This document shows, piece by piece, positions 26,856 through 41,788 of a DNA stretch of 64,000 nucleotides. The DNA is from Chrysomallon squamiferum (lineage: Eukaryota > Animalia > Mollusca): NCBI GenBank assembly GCA_012295275.1, contig CM022670.1:14756001-14820000 (forward strand). The letters are read 5' to 3'. A program made the position numbers and the translations under genes. Numbering within the stretch: the stretch's first letter is position 1; every line of letters starts with the position of its first letter. The notes beneath the pieces are model-generated. The model was not told the origin of the DNA. It made no database searches and worked only from the letters and a program-made list of their open reading frames with translations.

Positions 26856-27630
26856 ATGGGCTGCAGTTCGAGTCGTCTAAACTCGGAATATCTCATTTAC
26901 ATCAGAACAGGCGACAGGAAAAATGCGGGAACCGACGGCAACGTCTACATAATACTCCACGACGACCAGAAAAACACCTCCGACACCATCACGCTGCACA
27001 ACTTTCTGCGAAACGATTTCGAGCAAGGTAGGTTAGACACCTTCACGGTGCCAAAAAGCAAACACTCTTCTCTGGGAAGAGTTGAGAAAATTGAAATCTG
27101 GAGGGACAATGCTGGGTTTGGTAGCGACTGGTATGTTGAAAGAGTTATGGTGGAAAACAGAATGACGAATGACATATCTGTGTTCCCGATATTGCGATGG
27201 ATTAAACCGAATTACCATTACGTGATAAAAAATCTGGACACGTCGCTTCCCCAGGAAGATGACAATTTAGAACAGAGGAACATGGAACTGACGGAAAAGA
27301 AATTACTCTACGAGTATGAACAAAAAATTCCTGGCATGCCCACTCAGGTAATGTTGTGATATTTGTATACAATAATATTGTTTTGATACCCTATTACTGA
27401 AGTTTGAAGATCACACGCAACCACCCACACAGGCATACCCACCCAAGTGTCCCACATTATGAGTTTTACATGTTCACCCTTTCACAGAAAATAGATGAAA
27501 GGAAAACTTTCCAAAATGTACAGATTTTGTTTTTAATTTTTAAAATTAAATATTGTGATAATTTCTCTAGTTGGTGGTTTATGGTTTGAAGTCTTCCACT
27601 TAAAATTATACAGATTACTGTTTTACCATG

Positions 27631-27710
<80 letters not shown>

Positions 27711-27795
27711 TGTGTGTAAGTGTGTGTGAGAGTGTTTGTGTATATGTCTGTGTGTTTGTGTGGGTGGGTTATGGGTGTGTCTGAGAGAGAGAGAG

Positions 27796-27846
<51 letters not shown>

Positions 27847-30800
27847 TAGTTGGTGATAGCTGAATTCAAACAAGACATTTGCTATCACGTATCTGATTTC
27901 CACAGAACATTAATATAACATGTTCTTACAGTTTCATCAGGCCTTTATTTCACATAATCAATTTGTTTTTAATTTGCTGCTTGGACTATTTCCCAGTCCA
28001 CTTAGTGCTCTGTTTCTGACTAATCTATGAAAGGCTGCCTTAAAGGCTTGTTAAAAAAAAAAAAAAATTTTTTTTTTTTTTTTTGTATACTTTTGGTTAA
28101 TTCTGGTTAATTCATAAAATGATATCTAATAAAAATAATGTTATTAACTACTCATTCCTTCAATCAAACAAGATTCATTCAAGTGATTTACATTTTTGAA
28201 ATGCATACACATTGAGTATTTGATACATATTACATCCCTTAAATTGGTTAGTGATATTTTAAATCAAAATACTGCCTTAGTTATATTTACTGTTAAAAAA
28301 ACATTTGATCTTATAAATCCACAATCAAGATTTCGTAGCTTAATATTTTCACCAAATTATAATCAGATGTGGTCTCTCTTATTAAAAATTCTTTATAAAT
28401 GCTGAGTAAACTGGTGAACCATATAAACATGCCTACCAGTTCTGAAAAACATGTCTTTACTTCTGACTGCCAGTTTCAGAAAATGGATAACTTTAAAGAT
28501 AAAATACGTTTCATGTATTTATAACGAAGAAACTATATTAGTAAAACAAATAAATAAATAAAACATAATGTGAAGGACATAGATGAACTTAGCCAGGATT
28601 CAGATAAATGTTGAGACTTTGACATTTTCTCTAGGCTGTTTGTGTGAGTTGATATGCTTTTTACTTTATATACGTTTCTTTATTTTTTTATTTTTTTATT
28701 TTTTTCTTAAGTAGTAGTAGATGCATAGAAAATACATTGTTTTTCTTCTCATTTACTATTGTTATGTTCACATTATATTTCACAGTATAAAAGTTAATTT
28801 ATTTAGGTGTAAAAATCGACATTCAATGCTTTTTTTTATATATAATGAATAAAGGCTGAAGCATAAATTCTTTATAATAATCATTGTTTTATTTTTTTAT
28901 TGTTAATGATTGGTTTTGTTATTGTTTATTTATTTTTATTTTTAATTATTTATTTGTTTTTAACTCTTTTTATTTATAAAGTGTTCACTGACTCAGCAAC
29001 AACAACATCGTTTATAAAACTGTTTGATTCTGCAGTTGATACAACAACAACATCAATAATAAAATATCTTTATTCTTTAATTGATATGATAATAATACTA
29101 GTAATAGTAATAGTAATAGTAGTAATATTAATAATAATAATAATACTAGTAGTAGTAGTAATAATAATAATAAAGATAATAACAATAATATTTTAACTTT
29201 GTTCTACATGGTTATCTATTACATACAGGTTGTTATTGTTGTTTTTGTTTGTATTTGTGTTTATTTTTGTTTGTTTATTGTTCTTTTCTAAGTAAATAAA
29301 ATTCACTCTTTAAATATTTTGCTTTTGTTTTAAGTCATTTAATCTGGTTTGCTTCAGTGAATTAAGGTCAACATTTCTAATTTCTTTTCAGAAAATGTAC
29401 ATTAAAACCTTTTCAGTCCTTATATTGATTGTTGACTTTTTTGAAACATTTTCTTTTCTTTTTTCTTCACTTGTTTAATCATCTCCAAAACAAGAATGTG
29501 ACCAAATAACAACTGAAATTTGCTTTCTGAAATCAACTATCGGTTAGTTTAGATTTGAAAGTAATGAAGATAACAGTGTCCCCAAATGACAGTTTCCCCC
29601 CTCAGAATCTCTGATAGTAGAAAACAGTGACAAGTTGTCATTTGTAATAAAAATTGGAACAGATGATTGATTAGGTTTGTTTTAGAGGATTGCAATTTTT
29701 TCTTAATTAAAATTTTATATCATCAATCAAAATTTATGTTTTTATTTTCATTTATTTATTTTATTTTTTTTTTTTTTTACTGTTGTATAGAACAATTTGA
29801 CAAAACTTAGGAACAGTCATTTTTTTTTTTTTTTTTTTTTTTCTTAAGTTTTCAAAAAAGGTTGTATATCATATTTTCATAATTTATTTTTGTTACTATG
29901 ATTTATTATCAGGTTAAGCAGGTGCCCCCTGATGAGAAGTTCTCCTTTGATTACAAGGTACATGTTGTTTATGTGTCATTTATTTTAACATCAGCTACTT
30001 TATTATTAACAACAACATGTAGCTGCACTCAGTGTTAATACAGAGAAAACAGAATAAAAGAAAGATTGACTCATTGTGAACAGTAGATGATATATTTCTA
30101 ACTAATATTTCTGTCTTTCATTCCTACAAACAGATATACACAAACACATGTAATACACAACATATACTCTTACATCTGACATATGTACACACACTAACAC
30201 AAATACATACTCCATCATACTTTCATATATTTAAATAAAACATACTCATGCATATAGACATCCCATGCACACATTCTCTCACATATACTTTCTCTCATAC
30301 ACAAACACAGAAACACACCCACACATATACACACGTGTTATTAAACACATAAATACATATTCACACATACGACATACACAGAAAGACATATGTACACACA
30401 ACATACAGATCTACATATCTATGCAGAGAAAAACACTTGCAGTTAGTTGTAAAATTGTATGATCTACACGCCATATCTAGATCACTTTAATCCGTTACAC
30501 GTAAATATTTTCCTTGTGCAGTATACTGTCACAGATTAGTTTGTTTAAAGGAAAGTTAGAGTCACTCACTATTGCAGTTTTTCTGTTTCAGTGGGATATT
30601 AAGTGTAAAAAAATGGACCTAATAGCCGTAAGCACAATTGTCAAATTGACGACTGGAAAGTGGGAAAATCTGTCAGATCTGAAAGATGTGTACACCAAAA
30701 AAATCTTCAACATTCCCCAGGTATGGCAATCATTACATAATCAATAATTAGAATAGTTATTATCTTCTTTTAATAATTAAATTTGTATTTAATTTCATTA

Positions 30801-33800
30801 TCATCTCATTTTGATTTTAATAACTTTCATATGTTTAATTTCATTATTACCTTATTTCAGTTTCAGTAGATTTCATTTATTTAATTTTATTATTATCTTA
30901 TTTTAATTTTAATAGATTACATTTTATTAATTTCATTTTTGCTAATCTATAAAAAAAAAATTTATGAATTTTACTTTCCTGTATAAAACATGTTGGACTG
31001 TTTGTTTTAGTTCATGCAAAAATATTTCCAAACACGAGTTCTGTTCTTTCAGTAATTATGAACAACACTGAAATAAAGTGAAACATTTTCAAATATTTCA
31101 CACTGTTATATCGTTCTAATATTTGATCTGTTATTCACACCCCAGATAGTCGGTAATTTTTTATTAACATTAAAAAATTTTCATTAATGTAATTATGAAG
31201 AATGCTGAAATAAAGTGAACCATTTTAAAAGTGTTGACGTTGTTGTAGGGTGCAGACAGATGGAGTAGTGATCTGTTTTTCGGAAACCAGCGAGTGGCCT
31301 GTCTCAACAACTGCATCATTCAACTGTGTACAGCCATTCCAGACAAGTAATACATACATTTAACTTCACATTTCACCAGCCTAAATATTACTAAATAAAT
31401 GACTGTTATATTGAATTTAATTTAGATAACTAATAGGTATGTTCCATAGAAATAATTTTGTTGTGATTATTTCTATAATACTTACATACATACATACATG
31501 CACATATATTCATACATAGATACATACATATACATGCATGTACATACATACACACACACACACACATATATATGCAGCCAGATATACTCACACATACATA
31601 AAAATATACATACATATCAATACATACACATATTATTACATAACATAAATACACTCACAGACATACAAAAAACACATACATAAATGTGTGTATATGTGTA
31701 TGTGCACGTATATATAGGTTGTTTTTTTATGTGTGTGTTATTTTTTGCACACTATAAAATGACGTGCTAAATGTTTTGTCAGTAGTAATTAAGTATAACG
31801 AGTATAATCATGTTGCAGACTGGCGGTTACAGAAGAAATGCTCAAACCTCTGCTGGAAGGTCTGAGTCTGGAGCAAGCTATTCAAGACAAACGTTTGTTT
31901 CTGTGTGACTACGAAATCCTTACTGGAATACCCTGCAAAGAAGACTTCATTGTAAGCTTGGAGTCATTTCTTAGTAAACTTCATAGAGATAGATCTCTTC
32001 AGACTTCGTAGAATATATAGTAAACATATTAAGGGTTGATCATTTCTAAAGGATTTTATTTTGATAAAAGAGAAATGACAAGTTTTATTCTTGAAAAGCA
32101 GTTCTTCATTATAAAATTATTTTCTTTCATTTAAACTGTCAAAAATCTTGCACTGATAACAAACAGTTCAAGACAAATCTACAAAATTAATAGATATTTA
32201 TATTTAAATATCTGTCACTTCTATAACTTTATATTCCTAGAACATTTTTAATAAATAAATAAATAAATAAATGAATAAATAAATAAACAAATAAATGAAT
32301 TATTTAATTAATCAATAATGATAATAATAATCCTTAAACAATTTATAACTTTGCCTATTACTTTGAATTCATAGAATCTAATAATCACATAATATTGTTT
32401 AACATAATACAATATACTAAGTTATTTAAAGATCTTTGTTTTTACAAAGTAATAATACATACAAACAAATCTTTAAATCACTTAATATGTTAAGCAGTTA
32501 TTTAAACACATGTGCATGTGTGTGTGTCTGTATATGTGTATGTAGATATTACTGTGTTTAAATACAAATTATGTTAAGTTGCTGTTTTGTTTTTCTCATC
32601 CAGTGTCCCGATCCTATTGGTCTGTTTTTTCTGAATGGAAACAAGAGACTGGTTCCCATAGCAATCCAGCTGTTCCAGAAACCTTCCCCAGACAACCCTG
32701 TATGTATCTCTTCTCAGTTTTAATCACCACATATTTTTTTATATGTTTATATCTGATTGAATCATTTTACAATTAAAACAGAAATATTTTTAAATAGTGA
32801 CCAACAGTCTAGAAGTTTACTTGGTCACAACAAACTATGAGTTGTGTGTGTCTATGTGTGGGTTTGTATATTTGTATGTATGTGTAAACTATGTACGTAT
32901 GTAAACTATGTATGTATGTATGTATGTATTGGTGTATATTTTTATGTATGTGAATGTATTGTATACGTGTGTATTTATGTATCTGTGAGTGTGTCTGTAT
33001 ATGTATATATATAAATATATTTTGAAACGAGCATTATGTTAAACATGTACTGGCAAAACATGATTTATTTTATTATTATAGCATTTCCTTAGACATATTT
33101 TTTTAAAATACGTTTTGATAGTGCTAGAGTTTCGAAACATATATTTATTTTGAAATAAGTATTTATTATCTTAGTATTTCTAAAACAGTATATTGTGAAA
33201 CTCTTAAAATGTACTTTGAAACAGTCATTGCTTATATTAGCATTTCTTTTTTCCCTGCTAATTTTGCCACAAACTAAATATCAGGATGTTGTTACTGCAT
33301 CAAGGTAATTTTGTTTGTTATCTAGCACTGATAGAAAAATTTGGAGTAATTAATATTGAAAATAACAGTTTTCTGCAATTTTATGCAAATTGTGACATAT
33401 AATATTTAAAAACAATTGTTTTAAATTCAGAAATGAATTTTATTTAGTTCAATACTGAAAATAACAGTGTGGTGCATTTTAATATAAACTTACATCATAT
33501 TGTATCCATATCTGTTTTAAGTTCACAAACAAAAACGACATTTTGTTCATATGTAATAATAAACTTCTCGATTCCTTTCAGGTTTTCTTGCCAACTGATC
33601 CACCGAACACCTGGGCTATAGCTAAAATGTGGTTTAATCTTGCAGACGCTTCTGTCCACCAGTCACTCACTCATTTAGGTTTGTCACTTTTCTTAGTCAG
33701 AATATTCACCTACATCAGTAAACAACAGCTGTGTACATCACTTGTAAACAACAGCTGTGTACATCACTTGTATACAATGCAGCTGACATGTCAGAACAAA

Positions 33801-36800
33801 ACACAGACCATTTGTAATTAGGTAACGTGTTCTCCAGTGAGTTAGAATTTGTATCAGACTCAGTATTTTAATTTGTAACTTTAACCATTTTCTGTTTTCT
33901 GGCACTGTTTAGTTTGTCAATACATCTTAGTATTAAAAAAAAAATTCACCTCAATATTGGTGTTGCTGGCCATAGTAAACCCCAACAAAACTGTGCCTAT
34001 CCCACTCCAGATTATACCACCATGATTTTTTATTTTTTATTTTTTAAATTAATCTCTATTTTAATATCTAGAGATGTGTTTTCAGATATAGTTGGGCATG
34101 GGCTATTTTATACTTAGAGGTATACTTTGGACTCTACTCTGTAGACAGAATTTTATCTTGAGTTGTTTATGTCTGTTGTACGTTTTTTAATAAATCTTTA
34201 CTTGCGGCAGAAAGTAGGAAAGTTTGTTTTATAATTTAGATAAATTTAATTACAAGCTGCCAATTTGAAATTATGCAAGTTAGAAAAAATACACTGATAT
34301 GTAAAGACAGTACTCTGTTTTGGAAAGAATCAGCATCTTTTTGTCATAAGTTAACATTTCACTCATTTTCTTTATATTTATTTTTATTTTCTCATTAAAT
34401 CTATAACTATCATTTTCATTTGATACTTTCTCTGGATCTTTTTTTTTTGTATGTTTGTATGTCCTGCATTTACATATGACTACATATTTTCTTTATGAGA
34501 GCACACCAAGTTACAAACATTTATTAATTTTGAACTTTTCAAATGCAGGTTCTACACATTTGTTGATGGAGGGTGTAACGGTGGCAACCCACCGAAACTT
34601 GTCCCAATCTCATCCTGTTTTCAAATTACTAGCTCCACATTTTCTCTACCTGATTTCCATTAACAGGTAACATTCATATCCTTGTGTGTGTATATGTGTG
34701 TGTTTCTATGTATATATATATATATATATGTATCTGAGTATATATATATATATCAGTGTGTGTTTCTGTGTGTCTCTGTGAGTGTCCAGAATTTCTTGGT
34801 GATAAAGTTTTATAATTTACTTTTCAAGAAAATACATCCAGCATCATAAGATATATCACACATAAATAGCCATTCTGTACGACAAAATATATCAGAGAAT
34901 CAAACCTTCAATTCATTTTATTTCAAAGTTTTCAGTTAAATTAAAAATAGCTGAATATTCCTGAGTTTTGTTGTTTTTCAGTCAAGCTCTGCAGACTCTT
35001 GTTTCACCAAATGGCTGGGTGGACAGAGCGATGAACATTGGAAGAGAAGGAATGTTCTATCTTGTAAAGAAAAGGTAAATATTTTATTTATTTTCCTTGC
35101 ATTATAACTGATACCTATTCATGAAAAAAATAACAAAAACCAGTGATGATAAATAAATATATACACACACATACATATACAGACACACATATACATAAAT
35201 ATTTATAGAGAAGAAAAAAATAGATATTTTGATATATGTAGCTACACACTCATACATTTTGTTTGATTTTTAATTTCTAAAGTAGTCTAAGTGAGAGGTA
35301 TAAGATTCATAAATGTGTAGTGCTTACTAATCTGTGAGAAATATGAAGAAACTTTGATTTGCTGTTGTTTTTTAAATTTATTTATTTATTTATGATATCA
35401 TATTATTTTTGATTAACAGTTTCTGTGGAGTTAAAAAAGTTACGAGTTAAAATGTTTGTTACAAAGGCAACAGTTGTCTCCCCTGTACAATTTTGAGCAA
35501 TAATATCTTAGTCCATTTTAATATTAATAGTCTAACACTGTTTCATGTCTGAGACAAATGATGTTACATCCGACTGTTTTTATATTTGATTTGATTAATA
35601 ATTCATAAAAAAGTAAAAAGAATAAATAAATAATTTTACAAATATATAAATAATATAATAATATTAACAAAAACAACAACGGTAATAATAATAATAATCA
35701 TCCTTCCTAGATATACATGAGTGATAGTTTGGTATGAATATTTCCAAATTCAGTCATAGCATAGAGGTGTGTTAAACTGATTGATAGTGTGAAAAACAGT
35801 TCTTTACAAAGTAAATTACAACAGATCAAACTTCTGTCAACATTCTGATTTAAACAGTTATCAGAAAGGTTATTTGAGGAAAATAATAACTATTCTTTAA
35901 ACATCTTTATTTTCCTATACAGTTTTCTTTATATGTTGTCATTTAAAAACTTTAAATATAAACACTGTTTCAAGAGTGGAAAATCATTTTAAACTGTAGT
36001 ATAACTTTTAAATTATTTGAAATTATAATTGCATAAACAGATGTGTATGTGAAGTTTAATAACACAGACCAAAGTTTTTCTAGTGTAGGTAGTATTTACA
36101 GGACACTGTTACTTTTTATAAAAATCATGTTACTTTGTATTTGTAATATTGATAATGAATTAAAGAAAGAATCAATAAAAGACAGATCCTGTAATATTCA
36201 CTGACAAACATAACTGAAAATAATTGCAATCACTTTTTATAATAAAATAATAATTTATTTATTTATCTATATTTTATTTTATTGTATTTTATGATTATTA
36301 TTTTTATTTTGATATAGTTTTTATTTATATAATTATTGTTATTGTTATTATTATTGTTTTAAATCCTTTTTATGGTTTTTTGGGGGGGCTTAGGGTTTTT
36401 TTCAGCATTCATTGCTTTTGTAATACGTGTTTTCTTAAACCTCATTAACAATTCTTGGAGTATAGAGTTGTCTTTCTTTCTTTTTTTTGAAGATGTATTT
36501 TTGATGTGGTGTCTAAACAACAGCAAACATGTACTTAGTTTTTCTTTAAGGAAACACTAGGAAATAGTAAAATACGTTTATGTGTGGTAGAGCAGTTTTC
36601 CAGTGACTCACTATGTTCATTGTTGCAGGTTGGCTCAGTGGAGAGTGGATGTACAGGGCACTCTCCCAGAGGAACTGAAAAGTCGTGGAGTAAGTTTCAT
36701 TTACACTAGAACAGAAGCCCGCTTTAATTTTGATAGTTAAAAAAAAAATATATTTATAAAAATAAATCTGTTTTAAAATAGTGCTAATAAAACAGTATTT

Positions 36801-38432
36801 TAAAGAGCACTACTAAAATATATATTTGTATTTTGAAATAGTACGAATAACAATACATTCATATTTTAAAATAACAAATAAAAATGCATATATATTTTAA
36901 AAAGATATTACAAAACATTTATTAATATTTTAAAATAGCACTAATATAATACATTTATTTTTTTAAATAGTATTAACTGAAATACATTTATATTTATAAA
37001 TAATTTTAAAAATACATTTATGTTTTAAAAATAACTAATAAAAATACCTTTGATTTAAAATAACCAAAGAAAATAAGTATATTTTTTAAAATACGATAAA
37101 AAACTTATCATTAATAAAAAATACATTTATCTTTTAAAATAACTAATAAAATATATATTTACATGTGCATTTAAATAATAATAATAATAAAAGTTGCATT
37201 TATGTTTTAAAATAACAAAAATACATTTATCTGTTAAAATAACACAAATAAAAATATTTTAAAATAACACAAATACATTTTTTTTATTTGAAAGGCATGT
37301 AAACAGAATTAGAAATAATTTACAGTTTTATAAAATAATTGTAATTACTGAAAATAACCTTTTAATAAGTTCTAGCTATTTAAAATAATGTATTTATATC
37401 TTGTCCTAGAGAACAGTCTTGTATAAGAAATTAACACTTAATCAGTGTATATCTGTACAGAGATAAAATTCAGAGTGTTTGATGATTGGTTTATTTCAGT
37501 TTACAGACTCCAGCATTCTGCCAGGATACCATTTCCGTGATGATGCCTTGCTTCTGTTTGAATGTATTGACAAATATGTCAGAAATTACATCAGTCTATA
37601 TTACAGTAAGAAAATATTTCATACAGTCAGGCAATACATTTTTGACTGGATGTACTTTTTTTTTAATTGTTGACTATTCTAGTTTGAAACACGTATAACA
37701 TTCTGTTGACACAAGAAAGTAGAAGATGGTCATGTATATAAATGTATAAACATGTTTCCAACCAGAAGAAATAATAATATATAGGTTTTTCTTTACAAAT
37801 CTGATTACCTACTCCAAAAATATGGAGAAAATAAAAGTAGAATACGTTGCAAATTAAAACAATAGAAGGCTTGACTGCCACTAGGATCTTCTTATTTTTT
37901 TCGATTTCTCTAAAGAGCAGAACTCTACACTTATTTGGATGTTGTTAAATATGTGCCTGAGATAAATTTTAACATAAAATTACTTTGTTTGTCAAAAAGC
38001 TTAAAGGAACAAAATATGAAATGAACCATTATAATATCAAGAACTTCAACAATTGTTTAAAAATTAGGTTGTAAGTTTACAATACACGAACAGCTGAGTC
38101 AAATCGTTATTTATTTAATTTATTCAGAGAAACCCTCGATGATTGAAGGGGACTGGGAACTGCAGGCCTGGGGCAGTGAGCTGGTGCAGGAGAAAGAAAA
38201 AGGCGGGGTCGGTTTACTGGTCTGTATTTAATACTTCTTATAACATTTTTGTTAATGTTCAGTTGAATCAGAATCTAAATATTGGTTTCTCTATAGTGGA
38301 TTTCTACTGGTGTATATATTAATATTTTTTAAAATTTCATGTTTATCATAAAATTATCCCTTTAATAATATTTGGCTACTAAATAAATAAATAAATAAAC
38401 AAAAAAATGTTATAAATATAAATAAATCTACA

Positions 38433-38479
<47 letters not shown>

Positions 38480-39849
38480 AATAATAATAAAATAAAATAA
38501 ATAATACGTATGTTTTAGGCAAGATAATGTTACGAATAATGGTAGAAAGTAAGAAAGGCATATATTAATAATTAACATCCATGTTTGTTATTGAATGTTT
38601 ATTCTTACATGGCTTTTTGATAAAAACTAACATTTTACTTCTTCTAATAAGATCTAAATTAGTTCAAACATGTTTTGTCTGAAAACACACACACAGAGAA
38701 AGACAGACAGACACACACACACACAAAAATACACACACACATAGAATAACTGTAATAAGCATGTTTTACTGTTACAGCTGAGTACGTCTTAAGATGTGTT
38801 TTAAATTTTTACATTATTCTAAAAGTTACCTGAAAAATTCACTAATATTAAATGTTAAACATATATCACAATCAAATTTAACTATTGCGATTTGTTAAAA
38901 TTCTTATGAATTTCAAATGAAATAAATGAGAAAAACATATTTTTTTTATCTTCAATTTAAATATTTTAACTGACATGGATACATTAAAAAAATAATAATA
39001 CATAAAATTACTTATAAGAAGAAATTGAAAAATAATTTTATAAATTCAACAAAAAGCCTTCAAATAATTTAAATAATAAATAGTAATAACTAGCGTCTCA
39101 AATAGGAAAACAACAATCACATTCTGTTTACTTCATCCATGATATTAATTAGAAGATTTACATGTTTGAAGTATTGTTGGATTGTCTATTGCTAGGCTTT
39201 CTAACTAATAAAGATTAACATAATAATTAATATTTTTAAATTATTGGATGACTGATTACACGCGAATACAGAAACTAGTTCTAAACATTTGTTTTTAGCT
39301 AATTATTTTCTGCAACAATATTTCTGGATATGATATGCAGTGTTATAATATTGAGAATTTTAACATTTGCTTAAAAATAACAATAGGATACAATTTTATT
39401 ATTAGAAATTACAAACAATGTGATTAAAAATAATTTGTTGTTGAATTTGAAGTTTTATATGATAAACTGAGCATCCTGTATTGTATTGGATAATAATATC
39501 TATATAAGTTATATGTGTTTTACTGAAGAGAATTTCAAAACAGAAAAGTTTTGAGAGTAAATTGAAACATATTGACTTGCACTGAAATGTAACATTCATA
39601 AATTGCTTTTGATTTCAGGGAGTACCAAACAATGGGAAGTTTAAGACAGTGGAGGATATAGTGAAGATGTGCAGAACAATTGTGTACACATGCAGTGTGT
39701 CCCATGCCTCAGCTAATTTCCCGCAGTACGAAGAGTACGGGTTCCCACCTAACTATCCCAGTTACTTGAGAGGACTGCCACCCAAAGACAAGGTGACACA
39801 GTCATTAAATGATTTCTGTGGAATATACCTATCAGAATACAGATCATTT

Positions 39850-39885
<36 letters not shown>

Positions 39886-40915
39886 TCATTACTTTCTTTA
39901 TCTTTTAAAAATATTATTAATTTTTTTAGTATTATTTTTGTTTAATATGTTGGGATGTTTTGTTTTCTAAACGTCAAAACAGACATATTCTGAATTCTAA
40001 TTCACGAAGTAAAATTAAAATTTATTTTTACTTACGCTTATTAAATTCTATCCGTGTAAATAATTATCATATATTATTAATGCTTGTTCTGTACGAAGTC
40101 TTTATAATTATCTAGGTAAAACAAAATAAAAACAAACACATCTGAATATCTTTTTTATGTGTGTTGAACATTTTTTCTTTCGACAAATTACTCGTTTTTA
40201 TTTGGAATTATTTCGCTGAGTATTGTTTAATATTTGACTTGGCAGACTGCACTGACAGAACAAGATATTCTAGGCTACCTGCCTGACAAACCAACCACTC
40301 TGGAAGTGATGGTTATTACAAAGATCCTGAGTACTCCAGGAACACAAAGTATCGGGGACTTTGAGGTGCAGTACATCTTTGAGCCAAAAGCCCGAGACAT
40401 TGTGAAAGAGTAAGTGTTAAAATTTACTGTGTGTGTAAAACTGTTGTGAGACAGGCCATCAAAAAACATTTACATCTAAAACAACTTAAAACCTTAAATT
40501 ATTCTAACAAACTGATTGCATTCTTTGGTTATTTTTATTACTGATTTCAGGATGCATAACTCACAAAACATTCAACATCATCAGTATCTTCCCTGAAACT
40601 GTTTTAATCATGGTTCTTGCTTTGGCTTTGAAACTTGAATAATTGATTACTGACATTCACGATTTAAAAAAAAAGAAAGAAAAAGAAAAAGGATTACAAA
40701 TGTCAGAAATAAATCAGTAAAATGTAAGTTAAATACTGCATGATTATCACAGTAATCTTATTGAGCCTCTATACAGAGTTGTTTCTGTACTCAATTTCAG
40801 ATTTAGAAAAGATCTTCGCAAAGTTAGCAACATTATCAAAGAAAGAAACAAGAGCAGGGATCCTCAGTTCCCATACCTGGACCCAGATGTTGTTCCCAAC
40901 TCCATCAGCATTTAA
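26856..40915 (+). CDS. Lipoxygenase copy B, complete 15-exon gene, 670 aa (N-terminal PLAT domain + LOX catalytic domain)
   Basis: Exons 26856-27347, 29913-29957, 30592-30720, 31249-31346, 31819-31951, 32604-32699, 33582-33678, 34549-34666, 34982-35074, 36629-36689, 37500-37605, 38128-38219, 39619-39792, 40246-40409, 40801-40915 sum to 2013 nt. PLAT motifs TGDRKNAGTD, NDFEQG, DWYVERV, FPILRW; catalytic motifs HQSLTHLGSTHL, HASANF, VPNSISI*. Confidence 0.96.
27633..27846. repeat. Compound (TG)n(AG)n microsatellite; expanded counterpart at 61857-62135
   Basis: Direct reading. Confidence 0.9.
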
Positions 40916-40959
40916 CAGTATCCTGAAAATACATGTGCTGCATAGTACTAAGAACAGTG

Positions 40960-41370
40960 AAATGTATAAGATACTGAAAACACACAGACATGTATAAGAT
41001 AATGAAAACAAATGATATGTATAATATACTGAAAATACACAGACAAGTACAATATACTGAAAATACACAGACATGTATAATATACTAAAAACACACTAAC
41101 ATGTATAATATACTGAAAATACACAGAAATGTACAATATAGTCAAAATATAATGACACGTACAATATACTAAAAACACACTAACGTGTATAATATACTGA
41201 AAATACACAGACATGTATAATATACAGAAAATACAAAAACATGAATAATATACAGAAAATACACAGACATGTATAATATACTGAAAACACAAACACATGT
41301 AAAAGATAATAGAAACATACTGACATGTATAATGTACTGAAAACGCAGACGTACAATATACTGAAAATCT
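40960..41370 (+). repeat. Same 28-bp minisatellite (~14 units) downstream of the LOX-B stop codon
   Basis: Same unit and same terminal variant units as 13050-14040. Confidence 0.93.
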
Positions 41371-41754
41371 CAAATACAGCTGTACAGCTATTTTTATCAC
41401 ATTTCTGGGCTTCATTTTTCTTTATTTCTTTATTTATTCATAACAGGATGACAATTTTGGTTTTTTAAATATATTAGAAAAATATCTCTATACTCTTTAT
41501 AATTTTTAGCAATTCTTTGGTTCAGTTTGTTTATAAAACAAAATTTATAAATTATGATTCTTATTTGTAAGAAATGAGTACGAATGATTTGTCATTTTGT
41601 TTGAAATCCAGAATAAATCAGCCGACATGTGTTTGTGTAACTGTTTTCAGTTTTTCTAAATTGTGTATATGTATGTGTTTTTATTTTATTTTATTTTATT
41701 ATTATTATCATAAAAGAATATTTATTTATTTATTTATTATTATATTATTATTAA

Positions 41755-41788
<34 letters not shown>

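Larger units (their letters stand above)
1..29160 (+). repeat. Segmental duplication unit 1 (phased from LOX intron 1 to the next LOX intron 1)
   Basis: Position 1 onward aligns with 29161 onward through introns, exons and intergenic DNA. Exon-2 to exon-2 distance is 29,225 bp. Confidence 0.92.
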
